A stretch of DNA of 64,000 nucleotides, from positions 26,970,001 through 27,034,000 of the forward strand of contig NC_043006.1 in the NCBI RefSeq assembly GCF_006345805.1, written 5' to 3'. The notes under the pieces were generated by a model that did not search any database, had not been told where the DNA came from, and saw only the letters and a program-made list of their open reading frames with translations. Made by a program: the position numbers and the translations under genes. Of the stretch, positions 39,706 to 52,577 are shown piece by piece. Position 1 is the stretch's first letter; every line of letters begins with the position of its first letter. This stretch comes from Octopus sinensis. Lineage: Eukaryota.

Positions 39706-39925
39706 CCCTTTCGTTACCAACCCAGCTGAAACTGGCTCTGGCTCTGAGTACAAATGTCTTGTTTTCATAAGTTTTGAATTAAAATCTTCCACGAAACCTT
39801 AGTCACAATTTATGTTCCTAACACCAGCTTAATGATAACTAAGTTATTTTACTAAATTCTTTGTTATATTTAAAGTAATTGAAAGAAATACAGAGCATCT
39901 CAAAATAAATACAATAACAAAAGGG
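39706..39925. mobile_element. piggyBac-like MITE, 220 bp
   Basis: TTAA|CCCTTTCGTTA ... TAACAAAAGGG|TTAA. Confidence 0.85.
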
Positions 39926-40679
39926 TTAATTTATCACTTTCCATTTTAAAGCAATATACAAATTTTAGCCCCAACAAAATTTATGGAAGTGAAATTTGGA
40001 TAATTAATATTTATATCCTTAGTAGAATTGAATCTTTATGAAATATAATTTTTAAGAATTACCTCAAAATTTAATCCTGGTTCCTATTGTCTATATAAAG
40101 AATATAATTTGAAAAAATGGTATGCTTTTTTTAATAAACATATAGTGAGATTTTTTACAGTGATTTTAAAATTGTATATTTATTTAAGAAAATGACTATA
40201 TCTTACATTTCCAATTATCCAAAAACACTGTGCAATGCTCTACAAAGAAATTTAAGAATGTATTTTTAAAATAAAACCCTGAGCTAACAGTCAACTTCTA
40301 TATTACATTCCTCAACCTGAAGAGTGACTTATATTCTGTAGTCTGAGCAGACTAAGTAATGAGTGAAAATTTAAGTATGCAGTATCATAGAGAATCGAGA
40401 ATAGTTTATTCTTTCATTGTTTCATATATAAATTTGTTTATATTGCTAAAATATTCTGGCATTATGCTCTATTAAACTTTTTAATTTTTCTAAAACATTA
40501 TAAAATGTGCAGTATAAAATTTGAATATTTCACAAATATAAATCTGAAATGATGAAGAACAAATTATTTTCTATCTTCTATAGTATTTGAAACTGATTAC
40601 TAACTTTTTTAAGATAAAATTTTTAAAAGTGCACTTTTAATAATGTCAGCATCCCAAATGTATAATATATCTAGGGAGA

Positions 40680-40850
40680 GTTTACGAAAAAAACAAAAGA
40701 CGAAGACAGGTGGTGTACAAAACAAACAGATGTAAACGCTCAAGAATAGAAAAAGTCTTTTACGTTTCGAGCCTACGCTCTTCTACAGAAAAAACAAGGA
40801 GAGAAAAAAATGTGTGTAGTGGCTAACGATCTGTCATGGCAACTAGTGCC
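40680..40850 (-). mobile_element. Penelope-type pLTR-like repeat with a hammerhead-like motif
   Basis: - strand TTTTT-CTGTAGA-A-GAGC-GTAG-GCTC-GAAA-CG-TA-AAAGA at 40793-40756. Confidence 0.6.
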
Positions 40851-41339
40851 GAGGTAAATTTCTAAATTAGGTTGGTAGGGACATACAATCCTAGTGAGTA
40901 CCATATTAACTTTTACCAGTTAATAATGCTGGCTAAAAACTCCACTTAATTTATTTAACTATCCTAAATAAATCTTCACATTAGTAAATCCACATGTCTC
41001 TATTGAGACATATGTTGTCGGTAGAGAAGAAATAATGTATTAATAATAAGGAGAACAGAGATTTATATATACATTTTTATTCTGCAGTCAACAACATCCT
41101 TCCATTTCTGCCACAGTTTTATGCACATTGCAAAATTTTGCATCTTGGTGTGCATTTTAGTGTTAATTGCTGCTTCTTCAGGGTGCTATTAATAGCATTT
41201 TAGATCCCATCTGAACTAAGTACAAGTCCAACCAAATATTCCATACACATTTTAGTATTCTAAAATTAGCCTAAATTCTGACCGTTTCAACTCTGCTGGT
41301 TAGAAAAATAAGTGACTAGCTGTCCAAGAATAGGTCAGT

Positions 41340-41960
41340 AGTTGGCAAATGTACTTTATCCTTCAAGTGGTGAATGGTAGTATATATATATATACTGTTT
41401 ACAATAAATAGGGAATTTGCTGAGCTAGGAGGCGATCTATACAGGGATAATGCACTATTCACTCTGGATAACCACTCTAACAGCCAAATTGAGAAGTATA
41501 AGAAAAGACTCTTCAAATTCTTTAGAAATATAGGACTATCAATATCTGTTGAAAATGAACACAATTCAACTAACTTCCTTGATATTAATTTAGATCTTAG
41601 TGAAGGAACATATAAACTGTACCATTAACCTAACAGTAACTTAAAATGCATAAATAAAACAGCAATCATCCTAGAAGCATAACAGAGAAAATAGTTGAAA
41701 ATGTTTCATGTATTTCAAACCTATCAGTAGATGAAGTATTCAAACAAAATGAAAACCATTATAACCTAGCATTTAGTAAGCCAGGATATAAAGAAAAAAT
41801 TGAACTTACACAAAAAAAAAAATATATATATATATATAGATCCAGACAATGAGGTTAATAAGGGAAATAACTTAAAATCCAAGGATAATGTCTATAATTA
41901 TAAGAGTAATAGAGATAAAGATAGGTAAAATGAATGGATATATAGTATAGAGAAGAATAC
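41340..41960 (+). mobile_element. Penelope-like element RT/thumb fragment
   Basis: GDLYRDNAL...IEKYKKRLFKFF...GLSISVE.E.NSTNFLDINLDL..GTYK.YH.PN...SNHP, typical of PLE RT. Confidence 0.8.
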
Positions 41961-41964
41961 CAAC

Positions 41965-44225
41965 ATCATCATCATTGTTTAACATCCATTCTCCATGCTA
42001 GCATGGGTTGGACGGTTCGACCGGGGATCTGGGAAGCCAGAAGGCTGCACCAGGCTCCAGTCTTATCTGGTAACGTTTCTACAGCTGGATGCCCTTCCTA
42101 ACGCCAACCACTCCGTGAGTGTAGTGGGTGCTTTTTACGTGCCACCCGCACAGGTGCCAGGCGAGGCTGGCAACGGCCACGGTCGGATTGGTGCATTTTA
42201 CGTGCCACCGGCACGGAAGCCAGTCAAGGCAGCACTGGCATCGGCCACGATTCGGATAGTGCTTTTTACGTACCACCAGTCCAGGCGTCCTGGCATCTGC
42301 TGGGTGCCAGTCATAGGATTGGTTCAATTTCGATTTCACTTGCCCCAACATGTCTTCGCAAGCAAAGGGGGTTGGCATGGGTGCCTGTCGTCGGATGAGG
42401 TTCGATATCGACTTTGCTTGCCTCAACAGGTCTTTGTGTCCAATGGAGGAAAGGCATGCATAAGTGGGCTGGGCTCACTTGTCCTGCCTGGTCTTTTCAT
42501 GTACAGCATATTTCCAAAGGTCTTGGTCGCTGGTCATTTCCTCAGTGAGGCCTAAAGTTCGAAGGTCGTGCTTCACCACCTCATCCCAGGTTTTCCTGGG
42601 TCTACCTCTTCCACGGGTTCCCTCAACTGCTAGGGATTGGCACTTTTTCACACGCCTATCTTCATCCATTCTCGCCACATGACCATACCAGCGCAATCGT
42701 CTTTCTTGCACACCACAACTGATGCTTCTTAGGTACAACATTTCTCTCAAGGTACTAACGCTCTGTCGAGTATGTACACTGACATTACACATCGATCGGA
42801 GCATACTGGCTTCATTCCTCGCGAGCTTACGCATGTCCTCAGCAGTCACGGCCCATGTTTCACTGCCATGTAGCATGGCTGTTCGTACACATGCATCATA
42901 CAGTCTGCCTTTTACTCTGAGCGAGAGGCCTTTAGTCACCAGCAGAGGTAAGAGCTCCCTAAACTTTGCCCAGGCTATTCTTATTCTAGCAGTTACACTT
43001 TCAACGCACCCACCCCCACTACTGACTTGGTCACCTAGATAACGGAAGCTATCAACTACTTCTAGTTATTCCCCCTGGAAAGTGACGGAAGTTGTTTTCT
43101 GCAGATTTTCGGAGGTTAATGCTCCCGAGCATCTGCCACATACAAAAACTATCTTCCTAGTTAGCCTACCTTTGACATTGCTGCACCTCTTATATGTCCA
43201 TAGCTTACACTGGGTACATCTTATAGAGTTTCTACCTACACCTTTTCTACAGATCGAGCAGGGCCATCTTCCTGGAGACATTTGTGGATTGTCTACCTTC
43301 CTACTTATTAGTACTTTGGTTTTAGCTAGGCTGACTCTAAGGCCCCTCGATTCTAAACCCTCCTTCCACACCTGGAACTTCTCCTCCAGTTCTGATAGTG
43401 ACTCAGCAATTAGAGCAAGGTCGTCAGTATAGAGGAGCTCCCAGGGGCAACCTGTCTTGAATTCCTCCGTAATTGCCTGGAGGACTATGATAAATAGGAG
43501 GGGGCGGAGTACTGAACCCTAGTGGACCCCAACCTCTACTTTGAATTCTTCTGTGTACATGTTGCCAACCCTAACCTTACTTACGGCATCTCTGTACATG
43601 GCTTGCACAGCCCTCACCAGCCTTTCATCTATCCCTAGTTTCCTCATTGACCACCAGATAAGGGATCGGGGGACCCTGTCAAAGGCTTTCTCCATGTCAA
43701 CGAAAGCCAGGTACAGGGGCTTATCTTTGGCTAGGTATTTCTCTTGCAGCTGCCTTACCAGGAATATAGCATCAGTGGTACTTTTCCCTGGCACGAACCC
43801 AAACTGCATCTCATCTAAACTAACTCTCTCTCTAATTAGTTGGGCTATGACCCTCTCCGTAACCTTCATTACCTGATCCAACAGCTTGATACCTCTGTAA
43901 TTATTTGTATCTAGGGTGTCACCCTTACCTTTGTAGCAGTTGACTAGTATGCTGCTACACCAGTCATTGGGTATGACTCCTTCGTGTATCACCTGGTTGA
44001 CTATACGGGTGACTAGGTTATAGCCGACACTGCCAGATATTTTGAGCATCTCTGCAGTAATTCCTGATGGGCCTGGGGCTTTCCCTGTCTTCATGCTTCT
44101 AATTGCTTTACTACCAAAGAATTTTCAACTCGGATGGCTGGTCCCTCTGTTGGGTTGACATTCAGCAGACTCTCTTTATCCCATTCATTTTCTTTATTCA
44201 GCAACCTTTCATAGTGGCATTGCAA
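41965..44225 (-). mobile_element. Relatively young 5'-truncated RTE LINE (RT, C-terminus, long 3'UTR), inactivated
   Basis: ORFs 43519-44094 (GKAPGPSG, AFVDMEKAFDRV), 43066-43371, 42475-42939 (RLRWYGHV, GRPRKTW); YADD altered to YTDD; in-frame stop; (GAT)n tail. Confidence 0.93.
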
Positions 44226-44243
44226 ATTGCGAGGAAGGGATTT

Positions 44244-44502
44244 GCAAGCCTGAGTGATACGCACGGACCGGTTTCGAGATTATTGTCTCTTATCAATGGG
44301 CGGTAACCACCAGGTCACGATGAAAGACAAGGCCTGCTTTAATAATGCTTACAGTCAGTTTTTCGAAATCAGTAGCAGACGTCACTAGAAAAACTCTTAT
44401 ATATTTGCAAAGCAGGCCTTGTCTTTCATCGTGACCTGGTGGTTACCACCCATTGATAGACAATAATCTCGAAACCGGTCCGTGCGTATCACTCAGGCTT
44501 GC
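44244..44502. repeat. Near-perfect foldback (97/94-bp arms, 68-bp spacer) flanked by an 11-15 bp direct repeat
   Basis: 44244-44340 mirrors 44409-44502 with 1 substitution and a 3-bp indel; TTGCGAGGAAGGGAT at 44227-44241 and 44499-44513. Confidence 0.9.
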
Positions 44503-45242
44503 GAGGAAGGGATGGCCTCCCTTTGCAAATACTTCAAGAGCACAGAAAGTGTGTCTAAAGCCAACTGGAGACGATGATCTCCTGGGGCTAAAAAGTTACA
44601 GTAACTACAGTAACACCCCCACTTTGTGGTTAGCCAGAAAAAAATAAAGTTAACAAGGAAAACGAAGCAAGGGAAATAACTGCTAAAAACATCATACAAA
44701 TATCTGAACAGGTAAACACATATAATAACAAGAGCAGCTATGCAAAAGCAAATATTCACAACAAAACTAGTAACCTAAGGTATAGAAACAGTGAAATTAG
44801 TATTGGTAATAATAATAATAATAATGGGCTACAGCAAATATTCTGCTCAATACCACAGATTTGCTTGACCATAATAACCAGTTGAGCATGTCCCTTAGTG
44901 GCTGACATGTGCATCTCTGACCACAAGCAGTAGTGGGGGAGCATCACAGCTGTTAGTTTCTCCAGTCGTCGCCCAACACACTTCACTGAATTGTTCCAGG
45001 AATTCCATTTAGCCTTGATCCAGCACAACTTTGATTACATAATTCTGATTTCTTTTTGTTCTGTGCATTTAGGACAATGTCATTCCTTTTCAAAATGCTT
45101 TTCAAAGCTGATGATTTCGCTGCCATTTATAATGGGTTAAATATGCTAGAAGAGTACAATGCCTGTACTTTTTTTTCATTGCAGTGTTAAATCAGCATGG
45201 TTGATGAAACCTTAACAAGCTCTTTAGTATTGTTTTTGTGGA

Positions 45243-45607
45243 CAGGAGTGGCTGTGTGGTAAGTAGCTTGTTTACCAACCACATGGTTCCAGGTTCAGTC
45301 CCACTGCATGGCATCTTGGGCAAGTGTCTTCTACTGTAGCCTCGGGCCGACCAAAGCCTTGTGAGTGGATTTGGTAGACGGAAACTTAAAGAAGCCCGTC
45401 GTATATATGTGTGTGTGTTTGTCCCCCTAGCATTGCTTGACAACCAATGCTGGTGTGTTTATGTCCCCGTTACTTAGCGGTTCGGCAAAACGAGACCGAT
45501 AGAATAAGTACTGGGCTTACAAAGTATAAGTCCCGGGGTCTAGTTGCTCGATTAAAGGCGGTGCTCCAGCATGGCCGCAGTCAAATGACTGAAACAAGTA
45601 AAAGAAT
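45243..45607 (+). mobile_element. Octopus-type tRNA-derived SINE, full-length
   Basis: GGCTGTGTGGTAAG A-box-like and GGTTCAGTCCC B-box-like head, CTTGGGCAAGTGTCTT core, tail GACTGAAACAAGTAAAAG; other copies at 1440-1570, 25340-25470, 34715-34900, 60700-60850, 63300-64000. Confidence 0.85.
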
Positions 45608-46537
45608 TTAAAATAACTTTACTATGTAGCATATTTATTCTAAAAATATAAACTGGCTTCAAATACACTTACTAACTTCACATTCTGCAGTCACTAAATA
45701 CTGTATTTTCTGGAGAACTGTATGTAGACTTAGTTTATTCATTGCCTGTGATCTATGTGTTTTCATTTTGTATTTGCCCAGAGGCTCACTCAGAATTTGG
45801 AAGTGTTGCGAGCCCTACAATTCAAACCTCTTTTTCTAAATAATCAGGTTAGTGCCATTGGTGAACTTTAGTTGAAACACCTTATTTATTGACAAATTGG
45901 TTGCAGGAGATCACACCATAGAATTAAAATGACAGTTAATGTCCTTGTGATTCACTCTCTTTTCTCTAATGATAAGCAATTTCACAGTAAAAAAAGTGCA
46001 GAGTTTTGAGAGTACCCCAAAAAAACACACCTTAGCTCTTACCAAGTGAATCAAGGACAAATCTTCAATAAGATAAGGTGGTCTCACATCTCCAAGATGA
46101 GTAAATGCAGTTAAAGATATGTCATTTCATTTCTCGCCACATGCAAGTTTTTTCTGAATCTACTCAGATAAACTCACCTCCTAATTTTCATTCAAGATTA
46201 ATTCATTCTTGAGTAAACCATTAATGTCTGTAGAATTTAGACACTAGAAGTCCATCTCTATATCCTAAGTCTATAAAAAATCCTGTTTACAACACATGCA
46301 GCCAACTTAATCTATAATAATTTCACACCACAGTTAGGCTTAACCCACAACAGCCGTCTTGACATTCATCACCGCCTTATAAGGGCCTGAAGAAGAGACA
46401 CTTCTGCAGTAGATGTCTCTCTACCTCAATGAAAGCCACACTGAAATTCTGAAAGGTCATCGTTTACAAAGGATTTCTTCAGTGGGATCACATCAACAAA
46501 GCAGCTTTCCATTTTTAAAACTCTATGGTTTTATTTT

Positions 46538-46866
46538 AATGATATTCCGTGCCGGTGGCACGTAAAAAGCGCTATCCGAATCGTGGCCGATGCCAGCGCC
46601 GCCTTGACTGGCTTCCGTGCCGGTGGCACGTAAAATGCACCAATCCGATCGTGGCTGTTGCCAGCCTAACCTGGCACCTGTGCAGGTGGCACGTAAAAAG
46701 CACCCACTACACTCACGGAGTGGTTGGCGATAGGAAGGGCATCCAGCTGTAGAAACACTGCTAGATCAGACTGGAGCCTGGTGCAGCCTTCTGGCTTCCC
46801 AGATCCCCAGTCGAACCGTCCAACCCATGCTAGCATGGAGAATGGACGTTAAACGATGATGATGAT
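46538..46866 (+). mobile_element. RTE 3'UTR-only copy, nearly identical to 41965-42270 in inverted orientation
   Basis: Direct read of the reverse complement; (GAT)n tail. Confidence 0.9.
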
Positions 46867-49800
46867 TTCTAGCAAATCAAATGACTATCTTAAAGGTTCT
46901 GGATCATGGTTTAACATTCCAAAATAACGGGAACAAACAGAGAATACTACTCCTATCACTAATTAGAATTCTGCTTTGTGGTGAGCTTCATGTAAATTGT
47001 ACAGAGATGAAAAATTTACAAGTATTTATTCATTATTTCAGACATAGCAAGGAAAATGAAACTAGTTCATTCAGTGTTAGCTTAGCAATAAAAACTACTG
47101 TCACGTCCCCATTATGGCATTAAAGAACACACCAAGTCTTACAATGAGGACACTTCTTTTCAGATAGCTTACACTCTGTAACTTCAAACATTCCTTGTAC
47201 TGACAAGCTCTAATTATTTGGTGACCTGATACTTGTAAATATTGATTTGATGGGTTGCTGCATAAAACAATGCATTCTTACAGATTTCACAAAAATTTCA
47301 CAAAAATTGTAATTTTTAGCTGCTGCTCTATTTTTCTCCCCAGAGCTAAGGTATATTAAGACTTCTTTTAAATTCTTTGTGTACTTACCACTTTCAATGA
47401 ATCATTAAAAGTAGTTTGGTTTAGTCTTTCTGGTATGTTTTAGTTACATTATCAAGAAACACTTGAAACTTGTTATATATTGAGAGCTGATACATACAGA
47501 GTAATTCATGATGTCACTCCCCAGTGCAAAATTTCACTGTGAAAACTCAACAATAAAACCACAATATATGTAACACAGTGTATAGATTTATTTATAACTT
47601 ATTGCTTATAAATGTATTTACAATGATATGCCTTTTTATTTACTTCGGTTTCATCAAGATACACAAACCTCAGAAACAAATAGTTCATGTTCATAAAAAA
47701 AAATATTTATTTACAATATATCAAAAATTAAATCAATTTCCTTTTGGCAGTGACATGCAGTAAATATATCAAACTGTTTGATTTTTTTTTCAATTTCTTA
47801 ATAAAGAAATTGCTGGCACTCATTATTTTTGTGAGAAGGAAAATAATACATAATACTAATTTCTTAACTACTCTATAAATTTCAGTGAATAAAAAATAGC
47901 AATTGTGAAATTAATATGTCATCAATAATGTAATCTTACCAACATGCAATTAATTGGTAAACTCAAAATACTTAAATGCTAAAATGGGTATTTAGGTAAA
48001 TTAAAACACAGAATTTTAGAGAATATACAAATCTGAAAACAAGAAATATACAAATTCTTTGAAAAAAAAAAGTGATAATCTTGTTTTCTATTTTTCTTTT
48101 TTAATTTTCTAGTAGCCATTATACTGAGAAATTAAATGATACTTGAAAATTAAATATATATCTTTAAACAAGTAAATGTTCTCACTATTCCTACAAGGAG
48201 AGCCAATGCTATGTCATTAGATATAGTTATTTTTTATTCACCCCATCTTCGTATCTTACAGAAAGCAAACAGCTGTGTCAAAAAGAATAGAGTGAAGAGT
48301 TTGTAGGGAAAGTATCATACTCATTTACACAAAAACACCGACATATTTTGATGCATACCTCTTCAATAATAGAAGACAACTGTTGCTGTAAATCTGACTT
48401 AGTAATATAGACACGAAAGTTTATTATATAAAATAACCTAACATTTCCTCTTGAATTTTTCTGGGATATGCAACTTCCACTCGCAAGTGTTGCGTATTTC
48501 TGCAGAGTTCAGATATTGACAAAAATAGTAATTTAATCAGGACCACTCTTTTTAGGAGCATGTTTTAACACAATGCAATGTGCCCTTCCTTCTTAAGCTC
48601 ACAGGGTGTAATTTGGTTACTTTTTCTAGCAAGTTGAGCAACCACACCCTACATGCTAGATAAATCAAACTGGTCACTATAATATCTGAATTTAAATAGA
48701 GGAATTTCTTTTAACATAACAAAATGACAATAACTGGAGCTATCCTAACATTATCAACAAAATATTTATACAAGCACAATAAATGTTGCTGCTTCTCATA
48801 TTAGCAATGCTGCCTACTGAAGAAGTGATGTTTGAAATCAATGAGCCGTTCAAAAAATATCACTCTTTATGTCTGTCAATATAATGGATTTAAGACAATG
48901 AAAAGTTGTAAAATGACACAGAATGTTTTGAAGTCTGTATGACTTTTGGCCAGAAAAAGTCAATTATTAAAATATGTAAAATGATGATTTCTTTCAACTA
49001 AAGCAAAGAAACATATATCAAAGAATTACTCAGTATTGTTCATTAAGAAAACTGTTGAAAGACTTTAAGTTGAAAATGATGGCAGTGTTAGAGAATGAAG
49101 AAAAATTGCTTGACTAATCAAGAAGGTAAGAATCAAACAGCCTTTTCTTTTTCATTCAAAGCTGAAAAATAGAAAAGTTTTAGATGTTAAATTCTAAATG
49201 AAGCTCAAAAATTAAATTAGTTTGTTTCATTTTTCAGGGAGATTTTACAAGAAATATACTTTAGATTGATTTGGAAGACCACTGACAGATGAAGTCTTTA
49301 AAAGTCCATTTGTAAAAAATGCATTAATTAATTTAATATAATTTATTGATTTATTAATATAATTTATTAATTAATTTAATATAATTTCAAATCTATGAAT
49401 TTGTGAAACTTAAGATTCATTATTTTTTTCAACACCAATTTACTCAAGGTACTAAAAAGAAGTTCTCTACTACTTCTTTAGATGAAAGATTTATACAGAG
49501 AAGTATTTTTCTTCTCCGCAATGCTTGTTTTCTGGGTTGTTAATCTTAAATTTTGCATTTTTATCCAATACATTAACTGAACAGTCTCAATGGACCTATA
49601 AAAGTCATGGCACTTTCTATTCCTCCAGATTCAGAAAATATAAAAGAAAAAACATATTGAAACTTCATTAACTAAACCCATGTTACAAAAGTTTGCCATG
49701 ATTAGTACATCATGTTTTAGTTTAAAGTTAGACAAAATTCAACAAAAATAGTCTATAATTGAAAGCATTAAAAGTCAAAACTAACTTTTTCTTAAAATAA

Positions 49801-50289
49801 TCTGATCTTCACATTCTTGCTCTATTTATATAGAATACCAATATGTTCAACCAAAAACCTGTCAGACAACACCTCTTTACTACTCTGAAATTTAATTATG
49901 AAAACATTTTATCATTAGTGTCCTTTTACTTTTCCCTCTAAACTTTTCATAATTTTTTAGGCTTTATTTTATTTAGGGCAATGATACTGATGCACACAAC
50001 AGCTTTAGACAGTTTAGAAGTTTCACTTCATTTATCATATCACCAGCACAAATAAGCAATGAACTATTTGTCACCACATCCAACAATTCCCACCTTGATG
50101 CCGTTGATATAACCTTTCATTTCTCTCTAACCTTTCCCAAACATGCTTCATCTACATGCCAAACTTGCAGTGACTTCACAAAAGCATCCTCCAGTTGTGG
50201 TGGTGATAGTGGAGGTATCAATCTTATCTTTTAACAGAAAAAAAAAAAAATTAACAAAACATCACCACACACCTCTCTAAGCACAAGAA

Positions 50290-50980
50290 GCACTCAGGTA
50301 AAGACCTCATGGTCACTCTAAATGCAGGCCTCACTATCACCAAAGATCTTGTCTGGTAAAAGCACATCCTTAATAAGGATGTGAAGACTGGCCCCTCTTT
50401 TCAGAGCAGAATATATTTCAGTCACAATAATTATTGGCACTCAGTAAGGCTTGACTGAGGGCCACAATGGTGTACTGCTCTTACATCTAGGATGGTGCTA
50501 CTGCTACATACAGACAGATCCAGAAAAAGGTCACTTAACTGATTGGCATTAAATCACTGACATACTCCAGGTTCTGATCCTCAGATTTGCTGTCTCCCCT
50601 TTTTATCACTACTATAATGATTCCGGTTTCTCAAAGCTGACTAGTTTCATACTATCCCACTTACTCCACATTAACCATTACACTCAGCCCTTCCTTCCAA
50701 TTACATCTTCCCTCTGGAATCTTCTTCCTTCTCATGTCTTTTCTGCAGGTGTTGACCTGCTAAAGTTTAAAAGGAACATTAACAGCATCAAACTCAAGGG
50801 ACCTATAAACGTTATATATAAAGAAAATTAAAGCATACAAGGACTTATTCAATTAACTAAACCCATTCTTTACAAAAGTTGCCATGATTGGTACTTAATG
50901 TTCTTATTTCAAATTCAATAAAAAAAATTGCCTGTAACTGAAGATATCAAAGGTCAAAATTAAACTTTTTCTTAAAATAT
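50290..50980 (+). mobile_element. Old L2/CR1-type LINE 3' end with its 3' flank; a second related copy at about 49500-49800
   Basis: LWNLLPSHVF..GVDL.KFKRNIN C-terminal motif at about 50715-50780; shared GGACCTATAAA...TTAACTAAACCCAT...TTGCCATGATT...CTTTTTCTTAAAATA. Confidence 0.55.
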
Positions 50981-51007
50981 TGAAATTGCTTATAATTATA
51001 ATTATTA

Positions 51008-51115
51008 TTATCTAAACTTACACTTCAAATTTTTCCAAGGATCTTCTAGCATAGATGGCTTAAAATAATTTGCAATATTATCATCACTGAAAGATCTGCT
51101 GTTATTAAAACTGAC
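51008..51115 (-). CDS. MPLKIP: MPLKIP/TTDN1 orthologue exon 2 (VSFNNSRSFSDDNIANYFKPSMLEDPWKNLKCKFR*)
   Basis: Diagnostic NYFKPSMLEDPW motif; acceptor ctttcag|GTC in phase 0; 108 nt including the stop. Confidence 0.92.
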   Translation of the reverse strand, partial: VSFNNSRSFSDDNIANYFKPSMLEDPWKNLKCKFR

Positions 51116-52577
51116 CTGAAAGTAGAAAAAGAAAATACTTTGCAATGCAAGTTCAAGTAATTTGTCCGCCAAATAATTAGTCACTGAATCCTAAGTTAAC
51201 AAATACTTATTTTTCTTGTTCATAATGTTTTTGTTGCGTGGGGGCTAAAAACACGTGTAAATGTAATGTTCCTACATTACCCTAACCCAGAATCTCTGTG
51301 ATTAATATAAAACTAATAAGTAAATATTAAAATTTTCTGAACAAAAAAATCAGTAAATAATATAAATTAAGGACATTTGCAAGCCCAGCATCACAACTGT
51401 CGGTAGTAAACGCTATTCTGTTTTCGTTTCGGTTTTTCATGTGAAGCAACATGTTTTATACATTCCCAATTTCGTCGAATTGCATTAATTTATTATTTGT
51501 CTTTAGTTTACTATAATACTACGCAGTGAAAGAGTACAATTTTATTAAAGAATCTTTACAAGGTGACAAGTTAGTTGAGTTGTAAGAGTAGTCAACTAAA
51601 ATGGATGGTGGTAATCGTTCCAGCTCACTAAGCTCTTGGTTCAAATCTCGCCGAAGTCGACTTTGCCTTTCAAATGTTCGGAGTCAATAAATAAAGCACT
51701 ACTCTAATACTGGAACCGATTCTTCTCTAAACTGGAATTCAAAATTGCAATCTTGTCACGCATTATGTCGTACTAATTTGGCCTTATGTTCATTTCACAA
51801 GTTAACAGAATAATTCAATGTTAATCATCGAAGCCGACAGAGAATCCACCACCACTTCCAATATTTTGCTTGAAAAATGTTTTATTCAAAGATGTTTTCC
51901 GAATCCATCCAAAGATCAGTTTGTGTAAAACGTTACAATTCCCATCAAATCACGAACTTTAGTTCAAAAGTAAGATCGTAAGGTATAATTTACGAATTTT
52001 ATTAATTTCTTTTTTCCTATTGCAAGCTATTGTTAAGTATCTTCGACTTTAGATGCTGCTTTTTAAATCTTCTTATAACCACTTGTTTTCTCGGGTGATC
52101 TACAATGAATATCAAGTTTCACATATGGCTCATCTAACACACATCTACTCACTCGTTCATAATCCCTTTCTATGCTTCCCCCCACCCACCCCAAAAATAT
52201 GAATGGGAAATACACGAAGTGAAACTTCTGACCCTCTAATTGACTACTGGAGTCATAAATGTTTGATAGACAGCAAGAAACAGTAATCGGGGTGAATATA
52301 ACTACTAAAACTATACTTACTCGAAGATCTTAAAACTTAATTCTTTGAATGCGTTCTGTAATTTTATTGAACACTCACAATATATATACACATATATGTA
52401 CGTGTTTGCGCGCGCACGAGCATACACAACAACTTTCTTTTCAGTTAAAATTATTTTAAAATAAAGACGAATGCAATATAAGGTTATTGAGAATTTCCAA
52501 AAGATAGTCCGACTTCTCATTCAATATTCTTTATAAAAGAAAATGAAACGTCAAAGAAAAAAAAAGTAAATACCTAC

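Noticed and set aside
49500-50980. Segmental duplication of the MPLKIP 3' end
   Set aside because: The repeated block follows an L2-like C-terminus in both places and no duplicate of exon 2 is present; repeat copies explain it.
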